Shown here in pieces: positions 41,527 through 52,000 of a stretch of 64,000 nt of DNA. The stretch covers positions 1-64,000 of the forward strand of contig OZ219788.1 of assembly GCA_964291285.2 (NCBI GenBank), in the 5' to 3' direction. The number at the start of each line of letters is the position of its first letter. The stretch's first letter is position 1. The notes below the pieces were generated by a model that was not told where the DNA came from, searched no databases, and saw only the letters and a program-made list of their open reading frames with translations. The position numbers and the translations under genes were made by a program. This DNA comes from Alphaproteobacteria bacterium (GTDB lineage: Bacteria > Pseudomonadota > Alphaproteobacteria > Bin95).

Positions 41527-41643
41527 GCGGGAGGCTCACGGCCACGACGCCATCCGCCGCCCGGTCTCCCGCACCCGCGACCCGATGGACCTCTACATCG
41601 TCGCCTTGCGAGGCTCGCACCGGTATATCCCCAGATAGGCCGG

Positions 41644-41972
41644 CGCACCAACGCCGGCATGACGCCGCTCAACGCCGTGCTCCGCTACCGGGAGCTGCTC
41701 ACGGTGGAAGACCTGTTCCGCCGGGCGAAGGCCCAGTTGCGCACCCGACCGATCTACCACTCCTGCGACGCCGCGATCCGCGGCCACGTCTTCTGCTCCT
41801 TCCTCGCGCTGGTCCTCCAGAAGGAACTGGCCGACCGATGCGCCGCCGCCGGCGTCAGCATCGAATGGCACGACCTGATCCGCGACCTCGACCTCCTGCA
41901 AGAGGCCACCATCGAGAAGCACGGCAAGCGCATCACCACCCGCACCCATGTCGAGGGCCCGGGAAAGGTCCA
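41644..41972 (+). mobile_element. IS1634 3' fragment
   Basis: Near-identical to ~2717-3045 (TNAGMTPLNAVLRYRELL...THVEG). Confidence 0.85.
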
Positions 41973-41976
41973 CGCG

Positions 41977-43245
41977 TCATGCTGTCGGCGGCAAGGCCGG
42001 TGGCGCGGGAATGCCTTCGCGGATCAATGCGTCGATCCTGTCAGAGATGCGCTGGGCGGCGTCGCGGAGTTGCTCCATGGTCCAGTCGGCGGCATAGCCC
42101 TCGGTCACGTCCCGGGGCCGGGCGTGGTTGACCAGCCGCTTGGTCAGGCTGGCCGGCAACATCAGGTCGCGGTCGGCGACGGTGATGAAGCAGTTGCGCA
42201 GGGCATGGAACCAGAATTTCGCGCCGCCCGCCTCGCCGATGCGCGCATTCATGTGCTGCATGCCGGTGAGACGCCCGGACCTGCTGGTTTCGGACGGGAA
42301 CACCCAGCCCCGGTTCGCCTCGGGGACACGGTCGCGTTCGGCCAGGCGGCGTTCGAGAATGGCCGCGAGCTGCCGGGTGACGGGAAGCGCCAACGGCGCG
42401 CCGGTCTTGGTGTCCTCGACCCGGAACACCATCGCCGCCCTGTCCACCCGCGCCCATGCGAGGCCGAATACTTCGGCCCGGCGCATGCCGGTATAGAGGC
42501 CGAAGTGCAAGGCGTCGCGGGCGACCGGGTTACGCACCGCCGCCTCGATGCCGCGGTGCCAGCGCGGCAGCACCTCGGCCGGCGGCTGGATGATGCGCCG
42601 TTTCGGGCGATGGGGCCGCCCGCCCGCGACGCGCCACTGGTCCACCGGATTGTGCAGCCCCTCATGGTCGAGGCACTGGCGGCGGTAGAGGGCGCGCAGC
42701 ATCTTCATCGCATTGTTGGCCTGCACCCACCCGGCATTCTCGCTCAGGCGCCGGAAGCGCTGCTCGACATCGCGGCGCCCGATGGTGTCGAGAGGGCGGT
42801 CGAGCCAGTCACCGAGGTCCTTGTGGACGGTGCTGCGGTATACCGCAACGGTACTGTCCTTGCGCGCCGGCCCGGCGGCGAGATAGTCCTCGAAGGCGTC
42901 CCGCACCGTCGGCATGGCGCGGGCGCGGGTGCGCCCGGCGGCGGGGTCCTCGCCGGCGGCGACGCGGCCCAGCGTCTCCCGGGCGAGGCGCCTGGCCTGT
43001 TCGGGGGTGATGCGGCCGTGGCGGCCGAGGACGAGGCGCCGGTTGGCGGCCTTGCGCCCGCCGTCGCCGGCGCGGTAGTTGACGATGTAGGAGCGCATGC
43101 CCGAGGGCTGGACGCGGATACCGAATCCGGTGAGGCGGTCGTCCCATGCGATGAAGGGTTTGTGCCGGGGCTTGAGGGCTTCGACGTTTCGCTTGTTGAG
43201 GGTGAGCTTGAGGTTTGCAGTGCGCTTGCCGGTCTGTGTTGACAT
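41977..43245 (-). CDS. P4-like tyrosine integrase with arm-binding domain
   Basis: N-terminal WD..LTGFGIRV.PSG...LGRHG.ITPEQAR; catalytic R (TGMRRAE), K (DTKTG), HxxR (HALR), H (LVNH) and Y (TEGY) all present. Confidence 0.93.
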   Translation of the reverse strand: MSTQTGKRTANLKLTLNKRNVEALKPRHKPFIAWDDRLTGFGIRVQPSGMRSYIVNYRAGDGGRKAANRRLVLGRHGRITPEQARRLARETLGRVAAGEDPAAGRTRARAMPTVRDAFEDYLAAGPARKDSTVAVYRSTVHKDLGDWLDRPLDTIGRRDVEQRFRRLSENAGWVQANNAMKMLRALYRRQCLDHEGLHNPVDQWRVAGGRPHRPKRRIIQPPAEVLPRWHRGIEAAVRNPVARDALHFGLYTGMRRAEVFGLAWARVDRAAMVFRVEDTKTGAPLALPVTRQLAAILERRLAERDRVPEANRGWVFPSETSRSGRLTGMQHMNARIGEAGGAKFWFHALRNCFITVADRDLMLPASLTKRLVNHARPRDVTEGYAADWTMEQLRDAAQRISDRIDALIREGIPAPPALPPTA

Positions 43246-43418
43246 AGTGATATTCCTTCGAAACAGCCCTGAATATCACCATACAGGTCAACACATGAAA
43301 GTCAACCGGGGCGTAGTCCTGGCGCGCCTTGTCCACCGGGAAAACCAATACTTCATTGATACACAACGATTTCCTTTGACATCAGTTGCCACGAACAGAC
43401 AGGCGTACGGTGGAATAC

Positions 43419-43430
43419 TGAAACGTTTGA
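43419..43430 (+). repeat. Right att core TGAAACGTTTGA
   Basis: Matches 9128-9139; IS5 homology begins here. Confidence 0.85.
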
Positions 43431-44195
43431 GCTTGCCGACGGCCTGTTCGATGCGCGCCCGTCCTCTGTAGAGCGCGCTTGCGAAGCGCTTTGGCCTGTT
43501 TTTGATGTTCTTCCGGTAGGGAATGACGGTCAGGGCGCCTCTTTTCCGGGCGAGTTGGCGGTTTCCGGCGCTGTCATAGCCCTTGTCGGCGACGATGGCG
43601 CGGGGCCGGACATCGGGGCCGATGTCCATCAGGGTCTCGAAATGCGGACTGTCGGCAGCCTCGCCGCCGGTCAGGTCGAAGGCGATCGGCAGGCCGTCGA
43701 AATCGGTCTTCAGGTGGATCTTGGTGCTGAAACCGCCCCGCGAGCGTCCAAGCGCCTGACCCTGCTGCCCCCTTTTGCGCCGGCCGCCGATACATGCGCG
43801 CGGGTCACGGTCGAATCGAACATCTGAACCAGGTGCGCCGTGCTGCTCAAATCCGCCAGCGTGGCGAAAAAGTCCTCGAACACCCCTGAACGGCTCAGAC
43901 GGTGAAAACGCCGCCATACCGTATTCCAGTGCCCGAACCGCTCCGGCAGCGCCCGCCAGGTGATGTTGTGAACCGCAAAGAAGTGCAGCGCCTCCAGAAA
44001 CAGACGGTCGTCCTTCGCCTTCGCACCCCGCCTCGGAAGGCAAAGCCGGAAAACCTCCAGCGCAACCTCCCAGTCTCCATTCGTCATCTTCGTCGACATC
44101 AAAGAAACCCCCGAATCGCCGACGCCTCATGATTCAGACAAATCCTCGCACGGGAATCCCTGAACACGCTCCTGAGTCAATACGTCCACAGGGCC
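43431..44195 (-). mobile_element. IS5 (IS427 group) 5' part: orfA and orfB up to KLKRF
   Basis: orfA 44102-43710 (WRALPERFGHWNTVWRRF, FDST), slippery AAAAGGGGG, orfB GRSRGGFSTKIH, ADKGYDS, YRGRARIEQ. TIR GGCCCTGTGGACG ends at 44195, followed by TA. Confidence 0.92.
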
Positions 44196-44409
44196 TAGGA
44201 CTTCGATCAAATGTCGGTCTCGGTGGTTGCCTGCCCCCGCTACCAATGAAATCGGGGACCCGGTCAAAATCGAAGCGGCAGCCGCCGCTCTCTCAAAGGC
44301 CTTCCAGCCTCTTGATGAACCCCCACTTGCGGGAGTGCCGCCGCCGGGTACATCCGCCCGGCGCGAGCCTCACAATTGAGTACATCCGCGCCTGCCTGCC
44401 CGTGATATT

Positions 44410-44706
44410 GTGAACGCAGGCGCCCCAATGCGGCAAAGGCAGGGACAGATGGACAAGCCGGAAACGCGCGTTTCCAACGCGGCGTCGGATGCCGGCCCGT
44501 TCGGACGCCTTTCCGAACGGGCGAAAAGAAACAAGTCCCTGACGGCCGTACTGGCGATAATTGTGGCCGTCGCAGCGTTATCGTCCGTTATGGCGTTGAC
44601 CGATTTGGAAAGTTCCCCAAGTCTCCTTGTAGTCCTGTTTGTGCTGGTGACGATCGGCCTCTTTTGCACTCTCGGCGTAATCTTCGACGCATTGGATGAC
44701 AAATAG
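44410..44706 (+). CDS. Small two-TM membrane protein
   Basis: Two hydrophobic stretches; start uncertain. Confidence 0.45.
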   Translation: MNAGAPMRQRQGQMDKPETRVSNAASDAGPFGRLSERAKRNKSLTAVLAIIVAVAALSSVMALTDLESSPSLLVVLFVLVTIGLFCTLGVIFDALDDK

Positions 44707-44802
44707 GCACGCTCTTCCGCGCTTTCATCGACAAGGATTCCACAGGCTAGCTGGAGCGGACCCTGGCGGCGGCGGAACGCTCCGCCGCCGCCGGGGTTTG
44801 CG

Positions 44803-46461
44803 TCAGGTCGTCAGCCAGCCGAACTGCTGCGGCTTGCGGCCGGCCTGCGGATGCAGGCGAACATTGACGAGCGCCGGGCCGTCATGGGCCGTCGCCGCGT
44901 CGAGCGTTGCCGGCAGGTCCGCCGGGTCTTCGACAAAGGCTCCGAAGCCGCCGAACGCCTCCATCATCTTGTCGTAGCGCGCGCCGTAGATCAGCACGCC
45001 CGCCGGGTTGTCGAACGGGTCCTCGGGATATTCCGGGATGCCCTGCCCGATGCCGCCATTGTTCAGCACGACGATCTTGATCGGCAGCTTGTAGCGGCAG
45101 GCCGTCTCGATCTCCATGCCGGAGAAGCCGATGGCGGAATCGCCGGAAACCGAGATGATCGGGCGGTCCGGATGCACCACCGCCGCGGCGACGGCGAAGC
45201 CCATGCCGATGCCCATGGTGCCGTAGCTGCCGGCGTCGAGGCGCAGGCGCGGCGAGGCGTTCGGAAGCTGGGTGCGACCGATATCCATGGTGTTCGCGCC
45301 CTCGCCGACGATGACCGCATCCTTGCCGGCCCAGGCGGCGATGTCCTTCAGCGCGCGGTAATAGTTGGTCGGCGCGGAATCGTCCTCCAGCATCGGGCGG
45401 ATCTGCTCGGCATTGCCCGCCGCCTTCTCCGCAATCGCGCTGCGCCATTCCGTATCGGCCGGGTAGAACCACTGCCGGCCCCCGAGAGCCGCGTTCAGCT
45501 GGCCGACAACCGCCTTGCCGTCACCGACAAGCGCCACCTCCGTTGGCACATTGTTGCCGATGGCTTCCGGCGAGATGTCGAGCTGGACGACACGCACCTT
45601 CTTGTTGAAGCGCGGCGGCTTGCCGAAATGCATGATCCAGTTGAGCCGCGCGCCCATCAGGAAGATCACGTCGGCCTCGCGGAGCGCATGGCTGCGCGCC
45701 GCGCCCACGGACAGCGGATGGTTGTCGTCGATCACGCCCTTGCCGAGCGGCGAGGCGAGGAACGGCACCTGGGTGCGTTCGATGAACGCGCGGACCTCGT
45801 CCTCGGCGCGCGACCACGCCATGCCCTTGCCGACGATGACCAGCGGACGCTCGGCGGATTCGAGCGCGTCCAGCGCCGCCTCTATGTCCTCGCCCATCGC
45901 CTGCATCCGGGGCGGATCGGCCACCGGGGCGGCCTCGTGGATGTCGTCGTCCTCGACGGCCTCCTGGATGATGTCGTCCGGCATGTCGAGATAGACCGGG
46001 CCCGGCCGGCCGTAGATCGAGGTGCGGACCGCCTTCTCGACATAGAACGGGATGCGCCGGGCATGCTCGACCGCATGCGCGAACTTGCAGTAGGGCGCGG
46101 CGAGTTGGACCTGGTTCTCCTCCTGGAACGCGCCCATGCCGTTCTGATAGACGGGCGAGGCGCCACCGATCAGGATCATCGGCCAGCAGTTCTGCTCGGC
46201 ATTGGCGAGGCCGGCGAGCGCGTGGATGACGCCCGGTCCGGAGACCGTGAGGCACGCGCCCGGCCGCCCGGTCAGGTAGCCGGCAGCCTGCGCGGCATAG
46301 GACGCCGCCTGCTCGTTGCGCATGCCGACATATTTTATGCCGACCTCCTGCGCCGCCTTCGCGATCGGCTGCACCGGAAAGCCGACGATGCCGAACATGT
46401 ATTCGACGCCGTGCTTCTTGAGTTCGCGCGCCATGATCTCCGCGCCGGTCGAAGTGCCCAT
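44803..46461 (-). CDS. ThDP-dependent oxalyl-CoA decarboxylase / 2-hydroxyacyl-CoA lyase family
   Basis: GMRNEQAA, MGAFQE, GEGANTMDIGR, LDAGSYGTMG, GDSA..FSGME and NNGGI motifs. Confidence 0.88.
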   Translation of the reverse strand: MGTSTGAEIMARELKKHGVEYMFGIVGFPVQPIAKAAQEVGIKYVGMRNEQAASYAAQAAGYLTGRPGACLTVSGPGVIHALAGLANAEQNCWPMILIGGASPVYQNGMGAFQEENQVQLAAPYCKFAHAVEHARRIPFYVEKAVRTSIYGRPGPVYLDMPDDIIQEAVEDDDIHEAAPVADPPRMQAMGEDIEAALDALESAERPLVIVGKGMAWSRAEDEVRAFIERTQVPFLASPLGKGVIDDNHPLSVGAARSHALREADVIFLMGARLNWIMHFGKPPRFNKKVRVVQLDISPEAIGNNVPTEVALVGDGKAVVGQLNAALGGRQWFYPADTEWRSAIAEKAAGNAEQIRPMLEDDSAPTNYYRALKDIAAWAGKDAVIVGEGANTMDIGRTQLPNASPRLRLDAGSYGTMGIGMGFAVAAAVVHPDRPIISVSGDSAIGFSGMEIETACRYKLPIKIVVLNNGGIGQGIPEYPEDPFDNPAGVLIYGARYDKMMEAFGGFGAFVEDPADLPATLDAATAHDGPALVNVRLHPQAGRKPQQFGWLTT

Positions 46462-46529
46462 CTTTCTCCATGTCCTTCTGAGGGGGTGAGGGCGAACCTA
46501 GCAGCGCGCGTCCGGCCGTGTCATCCCGC

Positions 46530-47672
46530 TCACGGATCGGTGCGGCCCGCCGCGAACGCCCTGAGCCGCGCCGATACGGCTTTCGGCTGCTCCTGCTGGA
46601 CCCAGTGTCCGGCGCCCTCGATCAGCCAGGTGCCGGCCCAGCGGGCCGCGCGTTCCTCCATCGCCTCGAGCGCGCCGGGGTTCTGGTAAACGCCCCAGTC
46701 GGCCGCGCCGGAAACGAAACAGGCGGGAACCTCGAAACGGCGCCCGGAGAAGAGCTCGTGTTCCCGGTCGAACAGCCCGCTCGTCCGGCAGCGATACCAG
46801 TTCAGCCCGCCCTGGAAGCCGGTACGCTCATATTCCCGCGCATAGACCGCGAGCTCGGCGTCCGGCAGCCATTGGCAGGCGGCGATTTCCTCCGCGCCCG
46901 GCATTTCCACGGCCACCGTCTCCGCCATCGTCCGGTCGCGGTCCATGATGTAGTAGGTCGGCATCCGCGCCAGTTCCACGGCTGTCCATCCCGCCAGCCG
47001 GAAGGGGCGGTTGCCGGCCCAGTCGGCGCTCTTGTGGTGGAAATAGGCGCGCAGGAAATCGTGAACCCCCTGGGGGCAGTCCCGCATGTCGGCATTCGCA
47101 GGCCGGGTCGAATAGTACCAGTGGTAGTGCTTGCGCGGCCGGTCCAGCGCCGCAAGGTCGTCATGGATCGACCGCGCCGGCGGCGGTTGCGGCGAAATGT
47201 CCGGCGGCCCCGGAAACGGCGCGCTCATCAGCGCCAGCCTGCGGAAGATGTCGGGCCGGATCAGCGCCGCCCACGCTGCCACCGACGCGCCGTAATCGTG
47301 CCCGGCCAGCAGCGCAACCTCCCGGTGGCCGATGGCGTCCAGCAGGCCCATGACGTCGCGCACGAGGTTGAAGAGCCGGAAAGGCGCGAGGTCGGCACCG
47401 TAGTCCGCATCCCAGCCCGTCGTGCGCCCGTAGCCGCGCTGGTCCGGCGCGACGACATGGTAGCCCGCTTCCGCTAGCGCGGGCATGACGCGCCGCCAGC
47501 TGTAGGCCAGCTCCGGGAAGCCGTGCAGCAGCAGGGCGCAGGGCCGTCCGGGCTCCTCGAAGCCGGCTTCGAGATAGTGCATGTCGAGCCCGTTGCCGTT
47601 CGCCGCCATGCGCGAGCGAATGCCGGCCGGCAGGGGAACCGGGCCGTAGGCGGTGTCGCGATCTTCTAGCAT
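46530..47672 (-). CDS. Alpha/beta hydrolase (epoxide hydrolase-like)
   Basis: HGFPE, PDQRGYG, GHDYG and GAGHWVQQEQP motifs. Confidence 0.9.
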   Translation of the reverse strand: MLEDRDTAYGPVPLPAGIRSRMAANGNGLDMHYLEAGFEEPGRPCALLLHGFPELAYSWRRVMPALAEAGYHVVAPDQRGYGRTTGWDADYGADLAPFRLFNLVRDVMGLLDAIGHREVALLAGHDYGASVAAWAALIRPDIFRRLALMSAPFPGPPDISPQPPPARSIHDDLAALDRPRKHYHWYYSTRPANADMRDCPQGVHDFLRAYFHHKSADWAGNRPFRLAGWTAVELARMPTYYIMDRDRTMAETVAVEMPGAEEIAACQWLPDAELAVYAREYERTGFQGGLNWYRCRTSGLFDREHELFSGRRFEVPACFVSGAADWGVYQNPGALEAMEERAARWAGTWLIEGAGHWVQQEQPKAVSARLRAFAAGRTDP

Positions 47673-47777
47673 CCGGGCATCCTAGCCCGGTTGGCGCCTC
47701 TCGCGCTGCCCTGTTCCCGGCCTTGCCAGCACGCAGGCCGTGGCGCAGACTTTCCGCCGACTTCCATCCGACGGGAA

Positions 47778-48086
47778 ATGCCGATGACCGCCTATCTGAT
47801 CGTGCGCGCCGAGGTGCCCGAGAGCGACCGGGACGCCTTCGACCGCTGGTATGCCGAGGAACACCTGCCGGATGCGAAGGCCGCGTTCAGCGTGAAGAAG
47901 GCGTTTCGCGGCTGGGGCGATGACGGCGCGCATGTCGCCTTCTACCAATTCACTGATCTCGCGGCCGCCAGGAAGGCCACGGGCTCGAAAGCAATCGCGG
48001 AGCTCATTGCGGAATTCGACCGGGTCTGGCAGGACCGCGTCACCCGCACGCGCCGGGTCGTCGATGTCGCGCAGGTGCTGGACTGA
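47778..48086 (+). CDS. Dimeric alpha/beta barrel (EthD/DUF4286-like) protein
   Basis: AFDRWYAEEHLPD motif. Confidence 0.65.
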   Translation: MPMTAYLIVRAEVPESDRDAFDRWYAEEHLPDAKAAFSVKKAFRGWGDDGAHVAFYQFTDLAAARKATGSKAIAELIAEFDRVWQDRVTRTRRVVDVAQVLD

Positions 48087-48111
48087 GCGGCCGAACGGGG
48101 AGGAATTCGAT

Positions 48112-48978
48112 ATGGCCTATCGACATATAGACGTAAGGACGCTCACACCCGCGGTCGGGGCCGAGATTCGCGGCGTGGACCTTCGCGAGCCGCTGCCGGA
48201 CGAGGCGTTCGGGGAAGTGCGCTCGGCGTTCCTCCGCCACCAGGTGGTGTTCTTCAAGGAGCAGGAGGCGCTCACGCCCGACCAGCAGGTCGCCTTCGCC
48301 CGCCGTTTCGGGGGCCTCCACCTGCACCCGGCCGCGCCGCATCTGGAAGGCCGTCCGGAGATCTTCGTGATCCATACCCACAAGGATTCGAAGATCGCGA
48401 ACGGCAATGGCTGGCACACCGACGTCTCATGCGACGAGGAGCCGCCGCTCGGAACCATGCTGCAACTGCACAAGCTGCCGAGCCAGGGCGGCGACACGCT
48501 GTTCGCCAGCATGTATGCGGCCTGGGACGCATTGTCGGCGCCCATGCAGGCCTTCCTGGAGACCCTGACCGCCCGGCATGAGTCCGAGCACATCTACCGG
48601 GGCCGCTATTCCGACCGGAACGTGGACGACACCGGCAAGGTCTATCCGGAAACCAGCCACCCGGTCTGCCGCACCCATCCGGACACCGGGCGGCGCGCGC
48701 TCTATGTGAACCGCGCCTTCACGACCCGCATCGAGGGCCTGGGCGCAGGGGAGAGCAAGGCGCTGCTGAACTTCCTGTTCGAGCATGTCGAGCAGGAGCG
48801 CTTCCAGGTCCGCTTCAAGTGGGAGGTCAACGACATAGCCTTCTGGGACAATCGCTGCCTCCAGCACCACGCTATGTGGGACTACTGGCCGGAGGAGCGC
48901 AAGGGCCACCGCGTGACGATACAGGGCGACCGCCCCTATCTCGCCCCGCTTGAGCTCCCGGCGGAGGCCGCCGAGTAA
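48112..48978 (+). CDS. TauD/TfdA-family 2-oxoglutarate dioxygenase
   Basis: GAEIRGVDL, WHTD, GGDTLF, HPVCRTHP and WDNRCLQH motifs; GAGGA RBS. Confidence 0.92.
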   Translation: MAYRHIDVRTLTPAVGAEIRGVDLREPLPDEAFGEVRSAFLRHQVVFFKEQEALTPDQQVAFARRFGGLHLHPAAPHLEGRPEIFVIHTHKDSKIANGNGWHTDVSCDEEPPLGTMLQLHKLPSQGGDTLFASMYAAWDALSAPMQAFLETLTARHESEHIYRGRYSDRNVDDTGKVYPETSHPVCRTHPDTGRRALYVNRAFTTRIEGLGAGESKALLNFLFEHVEQERFQVRFKWEVNDIAFWDNRCLQHHAMWDYWPEERKGHRVTIQGDRPYLAPLELPAEAAE

Positions 48979-49087
48979 GGCTGCTTCCGCTGCCGGCGAT
49001 TTTCCGGATTTGTGGGTAATTCGCTCGCTCCGGGCAGGCGAATCCGGTTAGGACCCGAATGACCTACGGTGAGGGAGTTCGGGCCCG

Positions 49088-52000
49088 ATGCCTCATGCCG
49101 ATTTCGTGCATCTGCGGGTGCATTCCGCCTACTCGCTGTCGGAAGGGGCGGTACGGATCGAGGACCTGGTTTCTCTTTGCAGGCAGTCCTGCATGCCGGC
49201 GGTTGCGGTCACCGACAGCGGCAATCTCTTCGGCGCGATGGAGTTCGCCGTCTATGCCTCGCAAGCCGGCATCCAGCCGATCGTCGGCACGCTGCTGACG
49301 GTCGGCGACGAGCCCCGGCGGCGCACGCGCCACGACGACGAGCCGGCGCCGGTCCTGCTGCTGGCGCAAAACGAAACCGGCTACCGCAATCTGCTCGAGC
49401 TCGTCACCGCTTCCTTCCTGGAAACGCCCGGAACGGACGCGCCGCATGTCGAGTGGAGCCGCCTCGAAGGCCGCACGGACGGCGTGATTGCGCTGAGCGG
49501 CGGACCGCGCGGCCCGGTCGGCCGCGCCCTCGCGGAAGGCCGAACGGAGTTCGCGCGCCAATTGTTGGAGCGCCTTTCCGCGCTGTTTCCGGGCCGCCTC
49601 TATGTCGAGTTGATGCGCCATGGCGATGGCGGGCGCCAGGAGGAAGAGGAAGCGTCGATAGAGCTCGCCTACGCGCTCGACCTGCCGCTGGTCGCCACCA
49701 ACGATGTGCATTTCGGCTCCGAGGACGATTACGAGGCGCATGATGCGCTGCTCTGCATCGCCTCCGCCCGGCGGGTCGAGGAGGAAGACCGGCCGCGCCT
49801 GACGCCGGACCATCGCTTCAAGACGGCCGAAGAAATGCGCGCGCTCTTCGCCGATCTGCCCGAAGCCGCCGACAACACGCTGGTCATAGCACGGCGCTGC
49901 GCCTTCATGCCGACCGAGTCGGAGCCGATCCTGCCCGCCTTCGACCCCGGTGTGGACGAAGCGGAGGAATTGCGCCGCCTGGCGCGCGAGGGTCTGGAGG
50001 CGCGGCTGGCCGAGCATGTCTTCCCGCAGGGCGCCGGCGAGGAAGACGCAAAGCCTTATCGGGAACGGCTCGAATACGAGCTCGGCGTCATCGTCGATAT
50101 GAAGTTTCCCGGCTATTTCCTGATCGTTTCCGAGTTCATCCGCTGGGCGAAGAACCAGGGCATTCCGGTCGGACCGGGCCGCGGGTCCGGGGCGGGGTCG
50201 GTCGTCGCCTGGGCCCTGCAGATCACCGATCTGGACCCGCTGCGCTGGGGGCTCCTGTTCGAGCGCTTCCTCAATCCCGAACGCGTGTCGATGCCGGATT
50301 TCGATATCGACTTCTGCCAGGACCGGCGCGATGAGGTCATCGCCCATGTCCAGGACCGCTACGGCCACGACCGGGTGGCGCAGATCATCACCTTCGGCAA
50401 GCTGCAGGCGCGCGCCGCGCTCCGGGACGTCGGCCGCGTGCTCGGCATGCCGTTCGGGCAGGTGGACCGGATCAGCAAGCTGGTGCCGCACAACCCCGCG
50501 AACCCGCCGAAGCTGGAAGATGCCGTCGCGAATGAGCCGGCCCTGCAGTCCATGAGGGACGAGGACGAGACCGTCGGGCAGCTCATCCATCTGGCCCTCA
50601 AGCTGGAAGGGCTGTACCGGCACGCCTCGACCCACGCGGCGGGCGTGGTGATCGCAGACCGGCCGCTGCAGCATATCGCCCCGCTCTATTGCGACCGCGG
50701 TTCCTCCGACATTCCGGCGGTGCAATTCAGCATGAAATGGGCGGAGGCTTCCGGCCTCGTCAAATTCGACTTCCTCGGCCTCAAGACACTGACGGTTCTC
50801 GAGGACGCTCGCAAATTGCTGGCGGAAAAGGGCATTGAAATTGACCTGTTAAAGTTGCCTCTTGACGACAAAAAGACCTTTGAAATGCTCTCGCGCGGGG
50901 ACACTGTCGGCGTGTTCCAGATGGAAGGCGCGGGCATGCGGGACACGCTGAAAAAGCTGAAACCGACCCGGTTCGAGGACCTGATCGCCGTCGTTGCGCT
51001 ATACCGTCCCGGACCGATGGAGAATATCCCGACTTACATCAAGAGAAAACATGGAAGTGAAAACATAGATTACATGTATGAGACGCTCCAGCCGATATTG
51101 GAGGAAACATACGGGATTATAATTTACCAGGAACAGGTAATGCAGATTGCCCAGGTCCTGTCCGGTTACACGCTCGGAGGCGCGGATTTGTTGCGCCGCG
51201 CCATGGGCAAGAAAATCCAATCGGAAATGGATGCCCAGAGAGAGACCTTCATCAACGGTGCGGTTTCACGCGGCGTCGAGCCGAAACTGGCGGAAAAGAT
51301 ATTCAATCTGGTGGACAAGTTTGCGGGCTACGGCTTCAACAAGTCCCATGCCGCCGCCTATGCGCTGATCGCCTACCAGACGGCCTGGCTCAAGGCCAAC
51401 CATCCGGTCGAGTTCATGGCCGCGTCCATGACCCATGAACTCGGCAATACGGACAAGCTGGCACCCCTGCTTCGCGAGTTGGACAGGATGGACGTCGCGC
51501 TGCTGCCCCCGGACGTGCAGCGCTCCGGCGCCCTCTTCCAGGTCGAGGCGGCGCCGGACGGCGCGCCCGCCATCCGCTACGCCCTTGCCGCGGTCAAGTC
51601 CGTCGGCAGGGCCGCCATGGAGGCGGTGGAGAGGGAGCGCACGTCCGGCGGTCCCTTCAAGACCCCGTTCGACTTTGCCGGACGGCTCGGCCCGAGAGCC
51701 CTGAACTCGCGGCTGCTGGAGAAACTGGCGGAGGCCGGAGCCTTCGACACGCTGGAGCCGGACCGGGCCCGCGTTTTCGCCGGCGCGGAAATGCTGATGC
51801 GCCATGCGGCCGTCGAGGAAGAGGAGCGGACGACCAACCAGACCAACCTCTTCGGCGCCGTCGAGGACTTCGTGCCGGACCCCAAACTGCCCAACGCCCC
51901 ACATTGGGAGCCGATGGAGCGCCTCCAGCACGAGTTCGACGCCACGGGCTTCTACCTGTCGGCCCACCCGCTGGACGAATATGAACGCTATTTCCCGCGC

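Larger units (their letters stand above)
9128..43430. mobile_element. Integrative mobilizable element (~34.3 kb) inserted in an IS5 transposase gene
   Basis: Bounded by direct repeats TGAAGCGTTTGA / TGAAACGTTTGA; tyrosine integrase next to the right end; MobF relaxase, ssb and DUF2493 inside; the flanks rejoin into one IS5 transposase frame. Confidence 0.88.

Noticed and set aside
9128-43430. Prophage or self-transmissible ICE
   Set aside because: No structural phage genes and no VirB/T4SS or intact coupling ATPase; only integrase and relaxase functions.
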